The notes below the pieces were generated by a model, which saw only the letters and a program-made list of their open reading frames with translations, was not told the origin of the DNA and made no database searches. Source: a bacterium (GTDB lineage Bacteria; SAR324; NAC60-12). From it: a DNA stretch of 64,000 bases. Below, one piece after another: positions 57,492 through 64,000 of the stretch; the stretch's first letter is position 1; every line of letters starts with the position of its first letter. The position numbers were made by a program, and so were the translations under genes. The stretch lies in the NCBI GenBank assembly GCA_965209155.1, contig OZ242383.1, forward strand, positions 224,001-288,000, written 5' to 3'.

Positions 57492-58925
57492 ATGGATACG
57501 AATGATACTAGAGATAATCGTATCGTCGAGGAGAACCGCAAGCCGGGCACAGTCGAGTGGCAACTCCAGTACACTAGCTTCGATAACCCGATTACCCTGG
57601 CCTCTCACCCGCTGATTCGCCAGCTACGGTCGTTAGCTATAGAGGGCTACGCCTCCAAAACCAGTGTCCTGCCGGGCGAGACGATTGACTTTATGGTTAG
57701 TTTGGATCCGCCCGGCCACTTTACCATTGATCTCTACCGCATGGGTTATTATGGGGGTACCGGCGGGCGACATATGGCCCGCTTGGGGCCCTTTCTGGGA
57801 GATACCCAGCCGGTGCCGATGATGACCATCGAGCGTTTACGTGAATGTGCCTGGGAAACATGTACCTCGTTTACGGTCCCGACGGAGTGGCCAAGCGGCG
57901 TTTATCTGGGCAAGTTGACCCGCGATGAGCAATTTGGCGTACAGAGTTATTTTATCTTTGTGGTCAAGGAACATCGGCCGTCAGATTTATTGTGCCAGGT
58001 GAGCGACCTGACCTGGCAAGCCTACAATAAGTGGCCGGGGATGGATTCGCTCTACAACGATGGTACGCCTAATATCTTCTATACCGGTCCCAACGTCCGG
58101 GTCAGTTTTGACCGGCCCTATGCCAAATATCAGCAGGGTCGGGATGAGCCCCTGTCGGCCGGATCGGGTGAATATCTGCTATGGGAACATCCGATGACCT
58201 TCTGGCTAGAGCAGCAAGGATATGATGTGACCTATTGTTCGAACTTGGACCTGCATCTTGACCCGGATATCTTGAAGTATAGCAAAGTGTTCTTATCGGT
58301 CGGGCATGATGAGTACTGGTCCCGTAAAATGTTCGATGAAGCGGTGAAGGCCCGGGATGATGGCCTGAGTCTGGCCTTCTTCTCCGGTAACTCACTTTGT
58401 TACGCTCTCGAAATGTATGACAGTACGGCGACGGGAGCGGCGAGTCGGGCGTTTGCCAGGAAAGAACCAATGGGCAATGAGGAGGAACTGATGGGGGTCA
58501 AGTCAGAAGCGGTTGGGTATGGCGATTGGGTGGTGATCAAGCCCGAGCATTGGATCTATAACGGGACAGGCGCCAAGGCCGGCGACAAAATTCCCGGTAT
58601 TATCGGTTGGGAGTATCACGGCTACCCGGCTGACATACCAGGTCTGGAGGTGGTGGCTTCAAGCCCGTTGGATCCCTGCCTGAGAGAGAAAAAATCTTTG
58701 ACCCCTCCGGTCGCGCACCCAATACACAGCGCGATTGTATATCCTGGTAGGCAGGGTAATTGGGTCTTCAATGCCGGCACCATCTGGTGGCCTGAGGGGC
58801 TGTCCTGCCCGCCCGGTCATGTTCCGGCCCGATCTGCCTGCGGCGGCACCTTTGGGGTGAATCCTCTGGCCCAGCAAATAACCACTAACGTCTTGGATCG
58901 AATGACCCGAGACTCGCAGCGGTGA
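57492..58925 (+). CDS. N,N-dimethylformamidase large-subunit family domain protein
   Basis: IEGYAS..SV.PGE, YRMGYYGG, WPSGVY, TWQAYN, VSFDRPY, GHDEYWS and VFNAGT motifs. Confidence 0.8.
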   Translation: MDTNDTRDNRIVEENRKPGTVEWQLQYTSFDNPITLASHPLIRQLRSLAIEGYASKTSVLPGETIDFMVSLDPPGHFTIDLYRMGYYGGTGGRHMARLGPFLGDTQPVPMMTIERLRECAWETCTSFTVPTEWPSGVYLGKLTRDEQFGVQSYFIFVVKEHRPSDLLCQVSDLTWQAYNKWPGMDSLYNDGTPNIFYTGPNVRVSFDRPYAKYQQGRDEPLSAGSGEYLLWEHPMTFWLEQQGYDVTYCSNLDLHLDPDILKYSKVFLSVGHDEYWSRKMFDEAVKARDDGLSLAFFSGNSLCYALEMYDSTATGAASRAFARKEPMGNEEELMGVKSEAVGYGDWVVIKPEHWIYNGTGAKAGDKIPGIIGWEYHGYPADIPGLEVVASSPLDPCLREKKSLTPPVAHPIHSAIVYPGRQGNWVFNAGTIWWPEGLSCPPGHVPARSACGGTFGVNPLAQQITTNVLDRMTRDSQR

Positions 58926-59141
58926 TCAAAATGAGCTTTCCCTGAAAGTGAATCACCGTTGTGAAAAGTCAAAAGGGGTCAAATCTCATTTTGTCTTTTG
59001 GGTTCTTTTGTAAAGGGAATGACACAAATTCGGGGATCCCTCATAGCTTCAAAGAAATCCGATCAATGGACAGCAACACCATTTTGTTTCCAGGGAGGAG
59101 ACGGTAACTGAGGACTTTACGTCCTTTCAGATCATCATAGA

Positions 59142-59260
59142 AAATCAGGGGACACAATACCATTTTTATTAGTATTTTCTCCGTATTTTATTAGTAATGT
59201 CCTCTGATTTTATCCGTATTTTATAAGTATTGTGTCCCCTGATTTAATGTCCCCTGATTT
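59142..59260. repeat. MITE/REP-like element with perfect 19-bp inverted repeats
   Basis: AAATCAGGGGACACAATAC (59142-59160) and GTATTGTGTCCCCTGATTT (59227-59245), plus partial copies at 59196 and 59246. Confidence 0.75.
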
Positions 59261-59531
59261 AAAACGGCAATGGTAAAGCTCACCTTAATAGCTCGGTCCG
59301 ACCCGAATCCCATCAAAAGGAAGATTTCTAGTCCCCTCCCCAATCCAACCCAGTGTAGCAATGGCTTCACAACGATCCGCAATGTGGGCAAGCAAGGCTA
59401 TTTTACTCTCTGGATCTCCCATTTCCCAAAGTTTATGAGTGGTGTACAATTCATCTAGGAGAGCAATGGTGGGGGAATGGAAATCATCCGTGACCAAAAG
59501 ATCTTTTTTTGCCATAATGTCTTTCGATTTT

Positions 59532-60521
59532 TTAAGGTTGCTCCCAGTGACCGCTTTGGCTGCTTCGAATGATCGCATCGATCACCTTCATGTTAGCCAC
59601 AGAATCTTCAATGGGAGTAGGAACAGGGGTATCGTTTAAAATAGCCAGAGAAAACAAATCACCTTGAATGGTGTATTGATTACAAATTTTAAAAACGATT
59701 TCTTCTATATCACCTCCTCGTTGAAGCCAAATTTTACAAGGGCGGTCCGGAGGTGCATTGCAAGGGATCTCAATTTCGATACGACCTTCAGTTCCAAGAA
59801 TATGAGTCCGTTGGTAGTTCTCCAATTGGGTTGAGCAGGTGAAAGTCGCGCTGCCTTTCTCAAATTCCAACATTCCTGAAGTGAGACGATCGGTTTTGAA
59901 TTGAGGATCGTATTCAACCAGACCACAAACCCGCTTGGGTTCTGCTTCAAAAATAAAACGTGGGTAGGAGATGGTATAGCATCCAATATCGTATAACCCC
60001 CCTCCTCCATTTTCAGGTTTATTGCGGATATTGTTCGCATCTGCATTGAAGTAAGAAAAAAATGATTGAATCGTTCGCAACTCTCCAATTTTCCCATCTC
60101 GTACCAACTCACGGGCTTTTTGCCATTGGGGATGATAACGGTACATGAAAGCTTCCATCACTTTTAAATTGGGATACTGTTGAGCAGCGTCGACTAATTT
60201 TTGGCCATCTTGCCAGTCCATACCAATGGGTTTTTCACACAAAACGTGTTTGCCTGCCTCTAGAGCTTTGATGGACCAGGGCACATGGAGATCGTTGGGC
60301 AATGGGTTGTACACCGCATCGATTTCTGGATCTGCCAGCATCGCTTCATAAGAACCATAGGTTTTTGGAATCCCTAACGGATCTGCGGCTTTTTGTGCAG
60401 ATTCCAAACTCCGCGAGGCCACTCCTACAACCTCACAATGCTCTCCCTGCTGCAGAGCAGGAAGGACTTTTTCTGTACTGATTTTCGCAGTACTGAGCCC
60501 CCCCCAGCGAACTTTTGCCAT
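59532..60521 (-). CDS. Gfo/Idh/MocA family oxidoreductase
   Basis: AGKHVLCEKP, MEAFMYRYHPQ and GGGLYDIGCY motifs. Confidence 0.93.
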   Translation of the reverse strand: MAKVRWGGLSTAKISTEKVLPALQQGEHCEVVGVASRSLESAQKAADPLGIPKTYGSYEAMLADPEIDAVYNPLPNDLHVPWSIKALEAGKHVLCEKPIGMDWQDGQKLVDAAQQYPNLKVMEAFMYRYHPQWQKARELVRDGKIGELRTIQSFFSYFNADANNIRNKPENGGGGLYDIGCYTISYPRFIFEAEPKRVCGLVEYDPQFKTDRLTSGMLEFEKGSATFTCSTQLENYQRTHILGTEGRIEIEIPCNAPPDRPCKIWLQRGGDIEEIVFKICNQYTIQGDLFSLAILNDTPVPTPIEDSVANMKVIDAIIRSSQSGHWEQP

Positions 60522-60606
60522 AATGGACCTTTCTTATTTCATATAGTTGATTGATTTGCTTTATTAAAGATGACAAATTGGTTTCATTACCTTTAGTTAA
60601 AGCTAA

Positions 60607-61893
60607 GGGCTTGTTACAAAATAAGTTGAACATCTTTGAGTTTCATATAGGGTGAATGGTGTAGTTCCATTGAGGAAACTTTTTTGCAAATTTTAGATTT
60701 ATGTTATCAAATTCTTCGTCGGATACTTTCATACCAGTTTTGTATTGCTTGCGATCAAGTCGAGCCTTGATATTGAGGCCGTTTTTGGTCGTAGTCGAGG
60801 CGATCAATTTCACCACGGACTCATAGTTTTCTAGTGGCCTGCCTTTCCAATTCATGCTGATGAATGAAAACATACGATGCTCAATCTTGTTCCACTTGCT
60901 TGTCCCTGGTGGATAATGCGCGACTGTAATTGGTATCCCAAGCTTGTTTGCTAATTCTTGTAAGTAAAACTTCCATGCCCGAGCTCTACTCCCATTGCTC
61001 CCTCCGCCATCGGCACACACAAGAATCTCAGTTGCATTGGGATAGCGCTTTTTTCCAAAGTGTCTCCACCACTGCCAAAGGCTATTGACAGCAAACTCAG
61101 AGGTATCTGAGGACATGCCAACGTTTACAAAACCTTCGTTGCGATTTATGTCATAGGCCCCATAAGGTATCGCCTTCCCCTCTCCGTAAGATTTGAAATC
61201 ATGATCAAGAACTTTCTTGTCTTCCTTTGACCACACTCGACCCTCATTCTTGAAATTTCCGACAAGCTCCTTTTTTTTCGTATCAACTGATACCACTGGA
61301 TTTCCGTATCTTGAAAACCGATGGACGGATCGATTAATGTGTCTGAATTGCTCGTCGCGGTTTGGATGATTTTTTCCTGAAAGCATCTTTTTGTTCGATC
61401 TCAGGGAATAGCCAAGCTCCTTTAAAAGCCTCATTACCGTGACATAAGATACATCAAATCCAGATTTTCTTAGCTGATCTGCGATAGATCTGGTCGATTT
61501 GCATGTCCACCGTAAGCGGCTCATCGGATCTCCTGCAGAAGACTCTTCAAGAATGCCCTCAATTGCTTTGAGCAGCTCAGCACTCTTGTGCCTCGAATAC
61601 TTTCGTCCTCCACCCTCACGACGGAGACGATCGCTGTCAAGTGATAACGATCCGTCTTCTTCTAAATCACGGAGACCCTGAGTTACCGTCGTTCTGGATA
61701 GTCCGGTCGCGCGACTTACTTGTGAAACACCTCCGTAGCCAAGCTCTTTTGCTTTTACTGCTGCGAACCACCTTTTCTGTGGCTCGTTGAGGTAGCCGAC
61801 CGCCTTAATCCACTCTTTACTGATCTCATGGTTAGTCATGAAATCAGTAGATCACAAAATATCTAGTTGATCAATTTATTTTGTAACAATCCA
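60607..61893 (-). mobile_element. ISAzo13-family insertion sequence
   Basis: Terminal IRs GGGCTTGTTACAAAATAAGTTGAACA and (reverse complement) TGGATTGTTACAAAATAAATTGATCA, flanked by TAA on both sides. Confidence 0.9.
60643..61839 (-). CDS. ISAzo13-family transposase
   Basis: GDPMSRLRWTCKS, SVDTKKKE, ADGGGSNG and PPGTSKWNKIEHR motifs. Confidence 0.95.
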   Translation of the reverse strand: MTNHEISKEWIKAVGYLNEPQKRWFAAVKAKELGYGGVSQVSRATGLSRTTVTQGLRDLEEDGSLSLDSDRLRREGGGRKYSRHKSAELLKAIEGILEESSAGDPMSRLRWTCKSTRSIADQLRKSGFDVSYVTVMRLLKELGYSLRSNKKMLSGKNHPNRDEQFRHINRSVHRFSRYGNPVVSVDTKKKELVGNFKNEGRVWSKEDKKVLDHDFKSYGEGKAIPYGAYDINRNEGFVNVGMSSDTSEFAVNSLWQWWRHFGKKRYPNATEILVCADGGGSNGSRARAWKFYLQELANKLGIPITVAHYPPGTSKWNKIEHRMFSFISMNWKGRPLENYESVVKLIASTTTKNGLNIKARLDRKQYKTGMKVSDEEFDNINLKFAKKFPQWNYTIHPI

Positions 61894-61904
61894 TAAGAAA
61901 CCGA

Positions 61905-61968
61905 TGAAAAAATAAAGGAAACGATTACTGGCTATTATTTTAACAGAAGGAAAAAATGGCTGTACAAT
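61905..61968 (+). repeat. 64-bp direct repeat, copy 1 (amidase RBS and first codons)
   Basis: 62/64 identical to 63382-63445. Confidence 0.9.
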
Positions 61969-61990
61969 CGAATTTGTGTATATTACATAT

Positions 61991-62015
61991 GGTTCTCACG
62001 GTCTCCGTGGGAACC
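61991..62015. repeat. REP-like palindrome
   Basis: GGTTCTCACGG-TCT-CCGTGGGAACC. Confidence 0.55.
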
Positions 62016-62072
62016 TAAAATTGGACGCTCAAGGCGCCGTGTACACACTCATGCTTTAACAAGATTAAAACG

Positions 62073-63392
62073 ATGAATACGCACCAAACTCCCCCAGAAT
62101 TCCTGCCTGAGAACGTACAGGCGAACAGCCCCGAAGACGAACAGCTTTACACCCGCCTATTGAAGAGTGGGGAACCACTTAAAAGTTGGAGAGAGCAGGG
62201 TTTCGCCTTTACGCCCAGCCCCTCTGGCAATGAGAACGGTGTGGACTTGAATGACGATTCACTGTATTACAACACCCAGGGGAGCGCAAAAGTCTACTGG
62301 GAGGAACACGGCCCACTCCCGCAACCGACCAAAGATCTGCGTCAACTCCGCAAAGACTTGCACCAGTTTGGCTATTGTCTGGTCGAGGATGCGCTCAGTG
62401 AGGAGCAGTTGCAAGTAATGCGTACTCGCTTGGTCGAACAGGCCGAAGGAGAACGCCTGGCCGGGGTAGCGTTCTGGTATTCAGGCGCAGCCGGAACGGG
62501 AAAGACAACCCACGCCACCCAATTTGTCATGAACCTGATGAACAAGGGAGACTGCTTTGTGGGTTTAGCAGAACATGATCCGGCAGCCGTTCAGGCAGGT
62601 CCTTTAATCGAGCAACTGGTGCATGAGACGCTGGGAGAAGACTTCATTTATAATAACATACTTTCCATCATCGCTTATCCAGGCGGCCAACCGCAAAATT
62701 TGCATCAAGACGTCCGGATCCATTCGGAATTGCCCATCTTGCTCAACCAGTTCGTGATATTGGATGACGTCGACTATTCTAACGGGACTACCCTGATGAT
62801 CCCAGGAAGCCACAGAATAATCTATGAGAGTGGCCACCACCGGCCTGTCAAAAAATTACCCCCGCCCATCAGTATCGAGGCCAAAGCCGGGACGATTGTA
62901 CTGATGAACGGACACATCCTTCACGGAACCGGCGTTAACCAAACCAACAAACCGCGTCACATCATTGTGTGGACGGCGACCAAACCCTGGTACGTGCCGG
63001 GAGAACAGCATTTAATCAGCCTGGCCCCGGAAGTATTGGAGAAGGCCTCTCTTAAATTACTCAAACGCTTTGGGTTTGTGGGGGCTGGTGGGATCGAAGG
63101 CCATGGCCGGGAACCAGGGTTGCTTCGTGGCATGCGCCAAGCGGTTGATGCCGGGAACTTCATCCGTATCGGAAAATTGAGCCCTCAATCCAACAAAGAG
63201 GAACTCACCCGCGCCTACACCTGGCGCTTCACGACCACAGGGCGCCGGGCTGCTATGAACCAACCGGAGCAGCGCTATCCGTCCGGGGAACTCTGGGAAA
63301 GCGATGATCCGCTTGAACAGACTCCTGTGGATGAGCGACACAAGGTCTTACAAGAATCCACCCAACGCCGGTGGGAGCGCTTGAAAAAATAA
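62073..63392 (+). CDS. Phytanoyl-CoA dioxygenase (PhyH) family Fe(II)/2-oxoglutarate oxygenase
   Basis: GYCLVEDAL, LHQD, NGTTLMIPGSH and HGTGVN...R motifs. Confidence 0.85.
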   Translation: MNTHQTPPEFLPENVQANSPEDEQLYTRLLKSGEPLKSWREQGFAFTPSPSGNENGVDLNDDSLYYNTQGSAKVYWEEHGPLPQPTKDLRQLRKDLHQFGYCLVEDALSEEQLQVMRTRLVEQAEGERLAGVAFWYSGAAGTGKTTHATQFVMNLMNKGDCFVGLAEHDPAAVQAGPLIEQLVHETLGEDFIYNNILSIIAYPGGQPQNLHQDVRIHSELPILLNQFVILDDVDYSNGTTLMIPGSHRIIYESGHHRPVKKLPPPISIEAKAGTIVLMNGHILHGTGVNQTNKPRHIIVWTATKPWYVPGEQHLISLAPEVLEKASLKLLKRFGFVGAGGIEGHGREPGLLRGMRQAVDAGNFIRIGKLSPQSNKEELTRAYTWRFTTTGRRAAMNQPEQRYPSGELWESDDPLEQTPVDERHKVLQESTQRRWERLKK

Positions 63393-63445
63393 AGAAAGCG
63401 ATTACTGGCTATTATTTTAACAGAAGGAAAAAATGGCTGTACAAT
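63382..63445 (+). repeat. 64-bp direct repeat, copy 2
   Basis: 62/64 identical to 61905-61968. Confidence 0.9.
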
Positions 63446-64000
63446 TACCAACTCCACAACAAATACGAGAACTCGCCGATGAAATGGGTCTGGATTTGAC
63501 AGATGCGGATGTTGAATCTTATAGGGGTCTGTTTCAGAAGAATGTAGATGCTTACAACGTGGTTGATGCGATGCCTGATCATCTTCCGCTTGTGAAATAC
63601 CCACGAACCCCCGGATACCAGCCCAGGGATGAAGAAAATCCGTATAATGCCTGGTACGTAAAAAGTGAAGTGAAGGGAGCTTCTCGGGGAAAACTCAAGG
63701 GAAAAACCGTTGTCTTGAAGGATAACGTCATGCTGGCTGGCGTTCCCATGATGAATGGAGCTGCCACCTTGGAGGGGTATGTTCCTGACATAGACGCGAC
63801 GGTGGTCACACGGCTTTTGGATGCAGGCGCAACGATTGTCGGAAAAGCCCACTGTGAATATTTATGCGGGTCCGGTGGCAGTCATACCAATGCAAAAGGA
63901 CCGGTGCATAACCCCCATAGAATGGGATATATGGCAGGAGGGTCCTCTTCTGGCAGTGCAGCCCTGGTTGCGGCAGGAGAGGTCGATCTCGCGATTGGCG
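63433..64000 (+). CDS. Amidase-signature family amidase, 3' end cut by the window edge
   Basis: Not in ORF track. MAVQLPTP...ENPYNAWY...[15 protein letters not shown]...[13 protein letters not shown]...[21 protein letters not shown]. Confidence 0.93.
   Translation, partial: MAVQLPTPQQIRELADEMGLDLTDADVESYRGLFQKNVDAYNVVDAMPDHLPLVKYPRTPGYQPRDEENPYNAWYVKSEVKGASRGKLKGKTVVLKDNVMLAGVPMMNGAATLEGYVPDIDATVVTRLLDAGATIVGKAHCEYLCGSGGSHTNAKGPVHNPHRMGYMAGGSSSGSAALVAAGEVDLAIG

Overview
A bacterial chromosomal window of mixed GC; the gene content suggests a deltaproteobacterial or SAR324-like organism, but that is inference only. Left (1-11.9 kb): a housekeeping block with recC-recB-recD (recD runs off the left edge and is absent from the ORF track), a GmhB-like HAD phosphatase, moaB and cdd. 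It also holds an ArsC/Spx-like gene, missed by the ORF track, with an in-frame UGA in a UxxC motif followed by a hairpin: a probable selenoprotein. Middle (12-42 kb): a plastic accessory region with IS200 and IS21 elements, intact and decayed toxin-antitoxin genes, an Rpn nuclease, two AAA+DUF4143 ATPases, GNATs and family-5 ABC solute-binding protein (SBP) paralogs. Its most striking element is a BlaI-family repressor followed by a 939-aa BlaR1-type M56 metalloprotease whose sensor domain is a complete family-5 SBP, then a Dpp-type permease. This looks like a beta-lactam-style proteolytic signalling switch rewired to sense a transported solute. Right (42-64 kb): a NarL-type two-component system divergent from an amide/urea-type ABC transporter, followed by a CoA ligase, single-chain acyl-CoA carboxylase, crotonase, omega-aminotransferase, dimethylformamidase-domain protein, ISAzo13, a PhyH dioxygenase and an amidase (partial), with several gene-replacement scars. 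No rRNA, tRNA or CRISPR array was seen. All calls come from reading motifs by eye; no database search was run.
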